Assembly: GCA_977018835.1 (NCBI GenBank)
Contig: OZ361257.1
Span: forward strand, 1,488,001-1,552,000
Reading direction: 5' to 3'
Source of the DNA: Minutocellus sp. GHC0000111
Lineage: Eukaryota
DNA length: 64,000 nt
The notes below the pieces were generated by a model. It was not told where the DNA came from, did not search any database, and was given only the letters and a program-made list of their open reading frames with translations. Below, in pieces: positions 34,604 through 46,569 of the stretch (its first letter is position 1; each line of letters begins with the position of its first letter). A program made the position numbers and the translations under genes.

Positions 34604-35699
34604 GCTCTGAGTAGTAAAGGCGTTCATCGAGATGGTTCCCAAAACAGCTTGTGGCAGTAGGTTGAGTTTCGAGTCTAGCACCTCTCAGCCGCTGGCAGTC
34701 GAATTGATTTCTCACAACCTGCTGGACTCTTTGAGTGGTAACATCAAAGTATCGTGCACCACTAGCAGTCATACCCTCCTCCACATACGGCGCTTGGATG
34801 ACAAATCGCTGCTTTCCATCCACACATGTAACCCATTTCTTCTCAAAAGGTCGCGTTGTCAAAGGACGCCCCGTATCCGGATCTCTCCAATACTTTATGA
34901 ATTCGTCAACAAAACCTAACAGATGCCCTAGCTCATGCAAAGCCGTTTCGGTATATTGTGCCCGCTCGCTACCAACTCTGGAATCGCCCATCGTCGGGCC
35001 CAGACAAAAGTTGACCACACCCACGATGGGCCGATCAAATTGATCCACCGCACAAGGAAATGCTGCCGCAGTAGTCCCAGACTCATTGCACATTGCCGCA
35101 TCGGTCGTCACAATAACTGCAAGATCAGTGTTTTCGCTGACAAAACTTTCGCTGACGGCACCACCACAGGACCCCCGTGGCACTGTAAATTTGGCATTGA
35201 TGGGCACGATCGACAATGCGTCGGTCCATATCTTCCCAGCCACCGGCAGAACCTCCTGAATGATGAAATCAATCCTCTTATCAACGATTTCCCCGAAACG
35301 ACCCTTGAGAGACTCCAGTGGGGAAGTCTCAAAGTGTATCCGGAGTGGCTTGTACCTGTTCTTCGCTTCCTCCTTGGTTTGTCTGGTGCCGTCTGAATCA
35401 GGAGTGGCGTGCGCAAATGGGTGGTCGGCGTAGTCGACGTTGATCGTCGGTGGTCCATCCGCACTTTCATCAACAAAGACCCTCGAACGCCACTCCCTCA
35501 CGGCCTGCTCACCCTCCTGAGAGAGACGGCGCGCCGGTCTTTGTCGTGTGAACTCATTTTCGTTATCATTTCCAGCTTTATTGCTTAGCACGACCGCCTG
35601 GCGGGTCCGCTCCGTTTGAACGGCCGACGACGATACATCTTGTGCCGAACTGCTCGCCGACGCCACTATAACACCGAGGAGAGCTAGTCTAGCTTGCAT
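34596..35699 (-). pseudogene. Leishmanolysin (peptidase M8)-like gene truncated right after the Met-turn
   Basis: Signal peptide, RRL, DQFDRP, ALHELGHLLGF, VRNQFDC, GARLE, GNHLDER, SELM*; the usual C-terminal domains are absent. Confidence 0.8.
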
Positions 35700-35966
35700 T
35701 TGGACGGCAGAGGTTGCTTGCTTACGAGTAGCAGCTACAAGCGCTGGCTTCCGGCCCTTGCTTAGCATGGACTGGACGACAGGACCGTGGGAGCATGCGT
35801 TGCTTCGTTGCTTCGCATGGTGGGAGCTGCATTTTTGAATTCGCTTCTGTGTGACGTCGCGACCTGCGCAATTTCACTGCTACTGGGACACTGGGACCTG
35901 GCTCGCTGGCGTCCTGGCTGGCCTTCGAGCGTATCGGCCGGCTTGCACAGCGTTACGTCGAGCAAT

Positions 35967-37109
35967 ATGTCTACCCTCAATCAGCAGCCGTCGCCCCAGA
36001 GTGGCGTCAGTGCAAGTAGGAAACGACGTCGCTCCTCGTCGCTCTCATCATCGTCGTCATCGGACGTCGTCATCATCTTGGACACCGAGACCGAGACAGA
36101 GACCGGCGAGCCGTCCAAGCCTGCTCCTCCCCAGGAGAGTAAGCCAACGGTGTCCAGTGACAGGAGCGGCGATGTCAGTAATAGCCAAGGCGACGATGAA
36201 TCGAACATCCTGGAAGAGCTGCGCCGGGCTCGCGATGTCCTCCAGAGGCATCGGAATCAAGGGACGGCCGATGCCACGAGCGGCGGAACAACATTTGCCA
36301 CAACCAACGAGAAAGAGATTGAGTACATCCCGGGCCTGGTCAACCGAGTAATGGCAGAATCAAATCGCAAGGGAGGTTCGAAGCGATCAGTATTCGTGAC
36401 AGAGCTATTGGTTGAGCTGGTGTTGGGATTTGTGGAGCCATATGTAATGCAGATATCGCAGGAGTGCATCAACGGTGGTAGAAACAACAAGAAGCAAGGC
36501 TACAACAATGAAAACAGGTTTCGAAGTACGACTTCTGATGCAGATTCAACTCAGTATCGAGATAGAGCAATTCGCTGGGCGGTTCAAAGAATCAAGGATT
36601 TGCTCCGACCCGTCGATGTGGAGTTGGGCACTGACATTCCCGAGCTGGATGCATTGCTTTCAGCATTGGGACGATACGATGGTCTGGCCCACGAGAGGAA
36701 TGTTCAGGAACACCTCCGCGAGGCACTGCTTAGAATGAAACCTACTGGTATTCATTCGGACGCAAAAGGGTCAGAAGGGCTGGATGCGGCAGATGCATCT
36801 GAGATCAATGGGGCTCCAAATGAAACGGCAAAGGATAGTGGAGGTGATGGTGGGGGCCCCACTCCTTCGCCAACATCTGTTGTCGAATGTTGGAGCGTTT
36901 CTCCAGAAAAGTGGGTGGAGAAAGTGACAAAGAGTGCTGTTACAGGGAATAGCAATGCGGAGGAGATGGAATCAATAGACGAGGCCATGGAATCCTTTCC
37001 TTATCTTCGGCAGATGAAGGACTTTTTGATGAAGAGAGCAGGGAATGAGTCGATCTACCGACCGGTAGGAACCAACCCTACCGGCGAAAGAGCCTTAGAT
37101 CTACCTTGA
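35967..37109 (+). CDS. Hypothetical protein (basic RKRRR NLS-like and DVVIILD SIM-like motifs)
   Basis: Long ORF with coding-like composition; no family recognised. Confidence 0.6.
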   Translation: MSTLNQQPSPQSGVSASRKRRRSSSLSSSSSSDVVIILDTETETETGEPSKPAPPQESKPTVSSDRSGDVSNSQGDDESNILEELRRARDVLQRHRNQGTADATSGGTTFATTNEKEIEYIPGLVNRVMAESNRKGGSKRSVFVTELLVELVLGFVEPYVMQISQECINGGRNNKKQGYNNENRFRSTTSDADSTQYRDRAIRWAVQRIKDLLRPVDVELGTDIPELDALLSALGRYDGLAHERNVQEHLREALLRMKPTGIHSDAKGSEGLDAADASEINGAPNETAKDSGGDGGGPTPSPTSVVECWSVSPEKWVEKVTKSAVTGNSNAEEMESIDEAMESFPYLRQMKDFLMKRAGNESIYRPVGTNPTGERALDLP

Positions 37110-37473
37110 GCTGCTGATAATATATTATAGAATTCATGCAATTGCAATATTATCGGTACGTCTGCCCTCTAGGTCTAGATCCACCAGATCTCCTGTAGAT
37201 CTAGATCTACGGTACGAGTTCGTACATGTTTGTAACGGTACCGTACACCAGGGCCGGACGGCCGGGCTCGCTCGATGCCGAGATTCGATTCGATTCATTC
37301 TATTCCCGGTTTACGATAGAAGTTAATCCCGATTTCGACAGTTGATGGATTTCGATGACCGCTCGACAAAAAAACAGTCCCCAGCGCAAAAGAGAACCCC
37401 CTGATGTGCCGCGAGAGCAACCGTTGCCTCCGACATCACAAAATCAATCAGTAAGCAAGATAATAGAAGAGCA

Positions 37474-39091
37474 ATGACATCTTCTCTGTGCAGGTGTGGT
37501 TCTTTGCGCGAGCTCCTCACCAGCTCGAGCGCCAACAATCCAGGACGACAGTATTATCGCTGTGGTGATTGTGGCGCCTTCGAATGGGCCGATGGAATCG
37601 GGAGTCCTCATCGAACGATATTCGATTCGAATGCCGGGCCTCTGTGCCATTGCGGCAAGGCATCGGTTCAACGGACCGTGAAGAAAATGACTTCTCCTAA
37701 TCGAGGTCGCAAGTTCTGGGGATGTGCTCAATATCCTCGAGGCTGTAAGTTCTTTCAGCTTTGTGAGGTTGAAAGTAGCAATCAACAACGCGATTGCGAA
37801 TCTTCGATGGCCAGCCCTCGTAAACTCACCATGTCGCCCGAGCCCGAGCCCGAGCCAGAACGCAAACGAGAACTTCTACCTGGATATGCGACATGGCTGT
37901 CGGACTGGAAGAAGCTTGAGATCGTCGAACAATTGATGGAGGTGGACGCTGATTTGTGTCCATGTCTTCTGATGGACGATACGACAAGCTCGAGGTCTGT
38001 GGCTTGTGGCACATCACCAATCCAGTTCGAAAGGAAAGGTCTTCGAAGAGGCGAAGCAACGTGTCAGGACCAACACCCCCAAGATATCTGAATATGGCTT
38101 CCCTGATAACTTCTACGATGCAATGAGTGCACTAAGTATGGATTCATTGGATGAAGAGTCAGGAGAATGCTTCTTACTTCACGGTACAAGCCCAGAAAAT
38201 CTACACGGCATCCTTTTCGAAGGTTTGGACCCTAACATTGCCCATAACGGTATATTCGGGAGGGGCGTCTACTTTGCCGAAAATGCTGCCAAGAGCGACA
38301 TGTATGCGACTAAAGATGTTAGGTATGACAAAGAAGGAAGCCTCAGCGAATTGCATCACAAGATCTACGCCAACAGCCACCACCCTCACAACGTTCGCTA
38401 CGCGCTCATTTGCCGCGTACTACTGGGAAGACACACCATGACCCAGAATGGAATCACCAGGTACGATGATGATTGCGCTGAGAGGGCTGAAAAAGGCAAA
38501 CCAAACTATGCCTTCACGAGCAAAGAGAGGCGAGCCTTGGCAAAATCAAGTGATGGCTTATCGCCGAGCTCTCTCATTGGTTTACCAGGCGAGTTGGTCT
38601 CAAACTTTCGTGAATTCATCATATTTAACCCGGATCAGATCTACGTAGAATATCTGGTCGCCTACAAGCGTGTTCGCAGCAGATGCGACTGTGGCAAACC
38701 TTGCGAAGAACGATCAGTAGTGAAGAGAACTGAGAACTTTGGTCGTCCTTTTCACTTCTGTCCAGATAACAAGTGCAGCTTCATGCAGATGTTACCTCTA
38801 TGCGACTGTGGCAAATCTGCAGTCGTCAAGACAAGTCGCTCCGCCCGAAATCCTGGGAGAGATTACTACACATGCTACTCCAAGAGGTACCCCAGACGTG
38901 GCTACGGTGGAGGCATCGCATGCGACTTCTTCGAGTGGAAGGACAACAACTTTTCGGCCACAAGTCCACAAAAAAAAGAGCAAGAGTGGACAGCACTTAA
39001 TATTTTGAGTTTCCCGCATTTGATACTTCGAGGCAATACGTACATAATAATGTTAGTGTTATATATTTTTTTGCAGTCAGCAGAAAGCTAG
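37474..39091 (+). CDS. PARP catalytic domain flanked by 2+2 GRF zinc fingers; two -1 frameshifts at ~37958 and ~38037; 3' end uncertain
   Basis: CxCG...NPGRQYYRC..C..FEW and NRGRKFWGC; LLHGT, FGRGVYFAENAAKSDMY, FREFIIFNPDQIYVEYL; FGRPFHFC and NPGRDYYTC..CDFFEW. Confidence 0.85.
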
Positions 39092-39121
39092 AGCTAGCAA
39101 TTCCCAATACAACCTCCAATC

Positions 39122-39744
39122 TCAAAATCGCAACATCTTTGATTCGTAATCAGCGGCCAATTCTGCCGCTACATTCTCAAACTCTTTCAATGCCTTGACT
39201 GGATCTTCTATATTTGCATCTCCCATGGCAACATCGGTGGCCGTTGTCTCACCATCCTCCTCATCCTTCTTTGTGCCATCTTTATCCGCCCCCGAAGCTG
39301 TATCTGCCTTTTGCTTTTGTGCATTGGTCGTTAGTCGCGTCGACAAGAAGAACGGTATGTCCTGTGGATTCGCTGTGCACTTCCTCGGCACATATACAAA
39401 GTGCTCCAGGACTGGTTCAATGCACCTATCGAGATTGGATGATTGGTTCTGCCGGAGGTTACGCGTATGTGGTTTGGTTGCAGAATAATGAATGGTGAGA
39501 CGCAGCACAAAACGTCAAGAGGAAGGAGGGTGCAGATAATTACAATCAAGCATGAGCCGACACCATCCATCGCATCCAAAAATGAACTCACCATTGCAGC
39601 ATTCAATCGTCCCAACATCGATGGCCAGTTAGCTCCCTGCGGTGACCGTATCGTCCCGTCCCATTCCATCAAGTTCTTACGGAGGATGGTCGCTTGGCGG
39701 AGGTATGCCTGCTGATGCTCATTCCTTCTACTCGCTGCGCTCAT
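39122..39744 (-). CDS. Mediator subunit MED8-like; intron 39449-39591
   Basis: NWPSMLGRLNAAM|NQSSNL...VYVP...IPFFLSTRL resembles the Med8 WPxxL...PxxLxT(K/R) pattern. Confidence 0.65.
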
Positions 39745-40138
39745 TGTACTATTCGACAGCTTCTAGAACAATGAACAAAGAGGTGTGTAGGATGAATAGA
39801 TGGTGTTACCCTGCCTGCTTGGGAGAACTTGTGGCGGTCGCCGTCGCTCGGTCCGCTCGGTGCTCGGTCGTCGGTCGGTCCGGTGACCAAAAGTGAACTT
39901 GTGAGTTTTTCATGATGTGGCAATACCACACTCGAGTGCATGCAACGTGCCTGACCGACCGCGGCGACCACCGCAAACCGCAGCACCGCACCGCCTCGCG
40001 GGCCTCGCGCTGACTGATCCGATCATTGACCGGCGGTAGTCGGTTCGGTATTTCGTCGATGGCGCCAGAAGCAACGTCCGTGGTCGCAGAAGGGAATGCA
40101 TCGATCCTAACAAGCATCGATAATTTATTTCGTCTAAA

Positions 40139-41669
40139 ATGCCGCCAAGGCACAAACTCGAAGCCACAACGGACGGCAGCAACATGCCGGCCACAACCGT
40201 CATTCTACTACTGGGTCTCTTCACGGTGCTCCGGTTGGGGTTGGTAGTTGGCCGGAGCTCCCTACCATCGTCAATCACCGACGTATTGTACAGTCCTGCA
40301 CTGTCATCAGCGTTGATAAATCCATTGTACACGATGGAGCATTTGCGAGAAGGAAACTTTCTTCTTGATAGGTCTGGAGTTGGTACTACTGGTCTCGATG
40401 CCGCCTATGAGGGGTCGGTCTTTCATCTTCCACCAATAATTTTGGCACTGTTCCGACCCCTATTCCAAGCAGTCGAGGCCAAAATCATGCAGGAGATTCT
40501 TATTGGCACTCTGATTGTGATTGTTGATCTGGTGGTGGCAATATTGATCTATCAAGTGACAGTTTTCGCAACTTGCGGTAATGATGTCAATACCGAACGA
40601 GAGGCAGAGTTGGAACGGGAAATGGATGATAAGATTCGGCCCAAGAGAGCATGGATATTTGGCTTGGATGTTGCTCAGTCAAAGGACAAATCAACAGAAA
40701 AAATAATACAGGAACCCTTGGTCCACATGGCAGATTTGCCAACGGTTTGCTGTTTGATGTACTTCTGCAACCCAATCGCGATTCTGGTTTCAAGCTGTAC
40801 TTCCTCGCCATCGTTGCAGGGCATGCTCAATATGTTCATTTTGATTGCCGTGAGAATATCCATGCCGAGCAATGTAGCTGGAGCGAAGTGGAGAGCCCTC
40901 CTCTCCACATTATCTTTGGCACTTGCGGTCTATATCGAGCCATATCATGTTGTATATTTGCTTCCAATGGCGATTTGGTTGAGTCGATCGAATGATGGCA
41001 ATCAGTTGAATAAAGGCATTGTTGGGGCTACCATCGCTTCCTTTTGTGTTTGGATTGGTTTATTGCACGGCTCTTCGGCCCTGCTTGTTGAGGACTATGC
41101 AACCGTGTTGGCCAAAACCTACGGGCACATACATGGTTTTGTCAATATGAGTCCCAATATGGGGCTCTCTTGGTACTTTTTCATCCAAATTTTTGACCGT
41201 TTTCGTCGGTACTTTGTCGCCATGTTAAATCTGCTTCAGTTTATCTTTATTGCACCTTTGACCAATCGGTTGCACAATTATCCCATCGTGCTGACGACAG
41301 CATTCTTCCTCTTGGGAACTCTCTTCAAGCCGGTGCAAACCCTCCACGACGCAGCCCTTGGTTTGGCATTGGTGGGTGTGGCACCTAGGACTATAGCGCG
41401 AATGGGGAATGCATCGCTAGTTTTCGATATTTGCAATTGTCGTACCAGCCACTTTGGTCGTCATGTTCTATTGGCTTTGGCTCGAGACTGGAACGGGCAA
41501 TGCCAATTACATGTTCTTTCAATGTCTGGCATACAACGTCTTCCTGTCGATAATTACACTGGATTATATTTCTGCAACAGTAAAACGCGACAAGGCATTG
41601 CGGCTCACGGAAAAGTTGGCGGTGCAACAAACGAATATTACAAATACCAGTAAGGATAAATCAGACTAG
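40139..41669 (+). CDS. PIGU: GPI transamidase subunit PIG-U/GAB1; frameshift ~41421
   Basis: LREG, YEGSVFHLPP, YFCNP, PNMGLSWYFFIQIFDRFR, then (other frame) LWLETGTGNANYMF. Confidence 0.92.
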
Positions 41670-41826
41670 CTACGTAGTTGGGAGTTGCTGATTGCGCACA
41701 AATGCGTATACTGATACTACTACTCGTAAACTATTCTACAAAGCTAAGAAACAAATAACATTGAGCTATGCATGTATGCATGCACGCTCGCTCGCCTCTC
41801 GAGGCTTAACTCCCGCCAAGTAAATA

Positions 41827-43304
41827 CTACTCCTTTGGCAAAACAGATATATCCTCGTCGCTGCTGCCGATAAAGTCGGTATCGTCTTCATCTTCAAAGT
41901 AAATAAATGTATTCAGATCGTCATCCTCGCCCTCATCAAAGGCCTCTTCAGCTCCAACATCTGTCTCGACATGACCCCACCAATACTCGTCGCTACTAGA
42001 AGATCCAGACTCAGATTCAAATATAGACAACGAATCCTCCGCCGCTTCTTCATCGCCGTATGAGTCTTGACCCCACCAATGGCTACCGTCATCATCTTCG
42101 TCTACCTCAGAGTAGTCCTCATCGGAATTAGATTCTTCTGAAACCATACTCGTCGAGGATTCCTCCTCTTCCTCGTCGTCATCGTATGATTCCTGTCCCC
42201 CAAAATGGCTCCCGTCGTCATCTTCGTAGTCTTCGCTATTGACTTCGTCCTCGTTGTCTTCAGCTGATCCAAACTCATCCAGAAATCCGTCTGAAGACGA
42301 CGAGTCTTTGATTACTTGATCAAAGGCATCAACATCGTCCATTTCACTGCCGTAGTCGTAGAAGTCAGCTCCAGCAATATGACCTTGAGCAGCAGCAGCA
42401 GCAGCAGCATTCTGCTTTTCGGTGGGCAGTAGGTGCATATCTTGCTCCAGCTGAAGTAGTTGGACTTCATAGGCGTCTTCAATGTTGATGCCGGGGCGGG
42501 TCTTTCGAACAATTTCCACAGCGGCATCGAACGTAATTCGTCTTGTTTGCATAATGTGAGCAACAATGAGGACGGCACTTCGCCCAGCGCCTTCCCAATC
42601 ATGTATTAGCACCTTGAAATCTTTCCTTGATGTGGCCTCTGTAATGAATTCAGAGGTCTTGGTGAGAATATTTTGAATTTCTTCAGGTGCCATCTGTTTG
42701 GTGCACAATTCCACATCGAGGTATCGAATATCCTCGGGGTAGTTGTCACGTGCCGATCGAGCGGCGGAAACAATGTGGGTGATCCCGGTCTCCTTGAGAG
42801 CATTGTGATTGTAGGCGGCGCCTGTACGTTTGAGACAAAATGGAAAAGATACAAATGAATGAGGAGAACAAGTGAGTTGTCATGTCAAAAAGTAGAAATC
42901 GAAATGCGCCATCGAGCAAACTCACCGATGGTGCCAATAAAGAGCGTATCGTCAAATCCATCAATCGGCACAGGCTTGCCGTCGACCTGAGCCAAAAATT
43001 CAATTGCCAGGGCATCCTTGACATCCTCCAAGTTGATGCCACGCTGAACATGCGTCGTGCCGTATCGAATGAGCGTCTCGACCATGGCGCGCTTGTGATC
43101 TGAATTGCTGGTGGGTTTGGCAATGTAGGGACGGAGCCAGGACCTGACAAAGTCGGTGGGATCGGTTGGGTCAGACGAAGCGCCGCCTCGAAGATGATGA
43201 GCAGCATCAGCCGCGGCCTGATTGCGTCCCTCTTGGATGCACATGTACAAACATGGCGCGAGAAGAGCCGCAACGGCGATGGACGTAGCAAACTTGAGGA
43301 ACAT
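41827..43304 (-). CDS. Signal-peptide-bearing dual-specificity pseudophosphatase with a very acidic tail; intron 42822-42925
   Basis: DTLFIGTI|GAAYNHNALKETGITHIV, KVLIHDWEGAGRSA (HCxxGxxRS with C>D), VRKTRPGINI, ~170-aa D/E/S-rich tail. Confidence 0.8.
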
Positions 43305-43998
43305 GATATGATATGATGCGAGGCGCTGGTACTGGGCTGTTGGGTGGAGCTGTATCGACTGTGGGCTGTTTGGTTGGGTGGTATGTGGCAATATCGATGA
43401 TACGATGCAGTCTTTCTCCGTTTTGTGAAGCTTCCCGATTTGGATCCGGGCTGACATCCAACGGTACTCTCAAAGCGGCTATCTGCGTGTTCTTGTGATG
43501 GTTCTTGGCGGGGAAGTCGTAAAGTCGCAGTGTGTCTTTTTGAACGTCGAGAAGACTGGCAGGCTCGCGCACTCGACTCATTGGACTGATTTCCTCCTAA
43601 TTTCTTCCCTTGTTCCCTTATATTTTATCATCTATCTCTCTTCCACGTGTTGCTTTCTGAATGAAGTCAAAAATAAGGCCCTTCGGAAAGCAAGCGACGT
43701 CAAGAAAACGATGCGATGCCGCCGCTGGCAACGAAGACGGCTTCACACTCTCCTTCCGGCCTTCGGTATTGGCATTCGTTCTTGCAGGTTGCTCTGTACT
43801 CCATTGGACACCCGCCTTCATCGCATTCGCTCTTTGTTCCACATTCGCAGCCTCACCTCACCCATTTCATTTACGATTGATAAATTGAAAAATCAAACTC
43901 AGCACGTCTCATCTTTGTGCTGCCATTACTAGTAAATTCTCAGAAGGTCATTCTCAATCTCTTGCTCATTTGTGGTGCACAACAACGACTAAACAAAC

Positions 43999-44909
43999 AT
44001 GGATATCCCAGCAGCCGGCGGTGGATTTGACTTTATGTCGTGGTGAGTACTATGTGGTGGGGTGGCGTTGCATGTCTGGAAGGGGAGCGAAGGTCTCATT
44101 TGCTGGGGCCGTTGTCCCCTTTCCGATCGCCAACTTCACCTGACCGACACGATGATGACGAAATATGACCGCGAACCACTTATAGCATGCACCCACCTTT
44201 CCTCATACTCCACAATCTCTCCCATTTGTCCCACCTTCATCGCAGGTACATGGAAATACCGGTGGTATCCCGCCTGTACTTCACCGGCGCCTTCCTAACA
44301 ACGGCTGGCTGTGCCCTCGACATTATCAGTCCGTTCAGCCTGTACTACAACTTTGATCTCATCTTCTCTCAAGGGCAAATATGGAGACTGTTCACTACAT
44401 ACCTCTTCTTTGGGATGTTCTCCATTGACTTTTTATTCCACATGTATTTCTTGGTGCGGTACTGTCGATTATTGGAGGAGGGGGACTTTCGCGGTCGGAC
44501 TGCCAACTTTGTCTTGATGCTGCTATTCGGGATTGCGTTCATGACGCTGGTGGCACCCTTCTTCAGTGTCCATTTTCTTGGTTCATCGTTGACATTTATG
44601 ATGACCTATGTGTGGGGGCGGAGAAATGAACACGCGCGGATGTCATTCCTGGGCGTGTTTACATTCCGCGCTCCGTATTTGCCGTGGGTAATGCTTGGCT
44701 TTTCCGTCTTATTGGGCAATCCTGTGACCATAGATTTGATTGGCATCATCGTGGGCCATGCCTATTACTTTTTGGAATATGTGTATCCTGTCCTTGCCGA
44801 CATTCGTGGATGGAAGATCAAGAGAATAATGGAACCACCGAGATTACTCCACTTGCTTTGTGGGACCTATCAGGCGGGATACCAACCTGTTCACTTACAT
44901 CAAGACTAG
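43999..44909 (+). CDS. Derlin-2/Der1; intron 44043-44245
   Basis: W|YMEIPVVSR, GQIWRLFT, DFLFHMYFLVRYCRLLEEG, YVWGRRN, APYLPWV, GHAYYFL. Confidence 0.95.
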
Positions 44910-44990
44910 CTAAGTATACTGCTGCGACAGTAGATCTGATCGGCCGAATACTGCACATAAGATACAAGACAATTACATAGATCTTATCTT

Positions 44991-46295
44991 TCAATGCCAT
45001 CGTGGACCACAGATACAGGTGGAACCCTGGCGACGATTTAGCCAGCAGCAGGGGCAAGTGTTGGCCCGCAATGTATTCCACGATCGAGCCCAAATAATGA
45101 AAGCGTACCTATTGCCAGAAGTTACAGGAGTCACCTCATGTAAATGTCGCCCGGCATGAAGAAGGGCCGTCCCCAGTTGGGGTTTGAATTCGCCCACAAC
45201 CTCACCTTCTTGGTCGGTCCCTCTCAATCCTCGAAACTGCAGGGCTCCTCCTTCAAAATCTTCTCCAAGTCCAATGTTCAGCGTCACTTCGGAATCATCG
45301 GTATGAGACACCAACCTTTGTCGAGGAGTAGCAGCTGGCGCGGAGGGCTTTACCGAGTAACCAGCAATGTAGCCTTGTCTCCAGTCAAGATCAACAAATT
45401 CCTCCGTGTCGGCAAACAATTGTCGCGATATTGGTCGGATCACCAGATGGAACAGAAGAGTATTGACCCATCCAAGTCCAATCGTATCGAGATCGACGGG
45501 TCGGCGACCTAGATTCAAATGCTCGAATTCCTTTTGTTCTCCCAAAGCAACTACTTTTTGGACCAGGGTCCTGACTCGGATGCAGAACGCTTCCGACAAG
45601 AGTGGGAACGAGTACACGTCAAAGAATTCTTGGTCAATCAATTCCTCCAATTGCGCACCATCTAATTGGACTTGTACTTTTCCTGTCAACACACCATCAA
45701 TAGATGGCGGAGACTTTTTGAATTGCTTCGAACGAAAGATGGCATCTGATGCCCTCGGATCCAGGACAGTGTCACGGATCTCCTTCCAAGAAGTTGGCGG
45801 GGTCAAAATTTGGGTCAAGGTGCCTTCGGCATCTTCTTTCATCATTCGCCTAATAAGAGCATTTATCCCATCATGTCGATCTTGAATTGATTGTTTCTGT
45901 CTCCTAACTTCTTGCAACTGTCTCTCCAGAGATTCTTCCAATCGATCGACATCCTCGTGAGCCCAGCGAGATAGGTAATTGGGATACCTTTCAAGACCAG
46001 CCAGAGCATGAAGCGCATGTGAAAGCGAATTGGGATCAAAGCCGCTCCGATTCGATTGTTCACTACTATTGCCGCCGTCAATGCCCATTTCTGGTTCACC
46101 CGATTGCTTCGTATACGTCCTTTCCTTTTCATTGATGGCCCCACCACCGATGGAAAAGCTCGAGCTCATCTCTCTTACTCCTCCTCTGCAAATAGACAGG
46201 TAAGACGACTTGCCACTGGTGCCACAAACCGAGGCCAGTATGTGTGAGAGGAAGACTGCTCGACAATGACTCCTGGTGCGAAGGCGCGTTACCAT
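44991..46295 (-). CDS. 2OG-Fe(II) oxygenase (PLOD C-terminal-like)
   Basis: LVSHTDDSEVTLNIGLG, FEGGAL, GRHLHEVTPVTSGNRY (HxD...H...R). Confidence 0.88.
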   Translation of the reverse strand: MVTRLRTRSHCRAVFLSHILASVCGTSGKSSYLSICRGGVREMSSSFSIGGGAINEKERTYTKQSGEPEMGIDGGNSSEQSNRSGFDPNSLSHALHALAGLERYPNYLSRWAHEDVDRLEESLERQLQEVRRQKQSIQDRHDGINALIRRMMKEDAEGTLTQILTPPTSWKEIRDTVLDPRASDAIFRSKQFKKSPPSIDGVLTGKVQVQLDGAQLEELIDQEFFDVYSFPLLSEAFCIRVRTLVQKVVALGEQKEFEHLNLGRRPVDLDTIGLGWVNTLLFHLVIRPISRQLFADTEEFVDLDWRQGYIAGYSVKPSAPAATPRQRLVSHTDDSEVTLNIGLGEDFEGGALQFRGLRGTDQEGEVVGEFKPQLGTALLHAGRHLHEVTPVTSGNRYAFIIWARSWNTLRANTCPCCWLNRRQGSTCICGPRWH

Positions 46296-46569
46296 TTCAA
46301 CGGCGGAAGGAGACCGAACATATCATGTGGGACGGCGGGGGGAGTGTGGCGATGAGAGTGCTGCTGCTGGGACGGGCGTCGCTCTTTCCAAGTGACGTCT
46401 GCATCTGGCGCAACCGCCATCGCCAACAATACAAGCCAGCTCGAACGCAAGCAGGCGCAGGCAGCGGCAGCGGCGGCGACAGCAAGCGACGCACGCCACA
46501 GGCGTCAGCCAGCGTTGCCGCCGAGAAGGAGGGCTCCTCCGCTGCCCACCCACCTCTGCCGTATGGATC

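Noticed and set aside
43495..43932. 145-aa ORF between the pseudophosphatase and Derlin
   Set aside because: Non-ATG start, no motifs; probably divergent promoter/UTR sequence.
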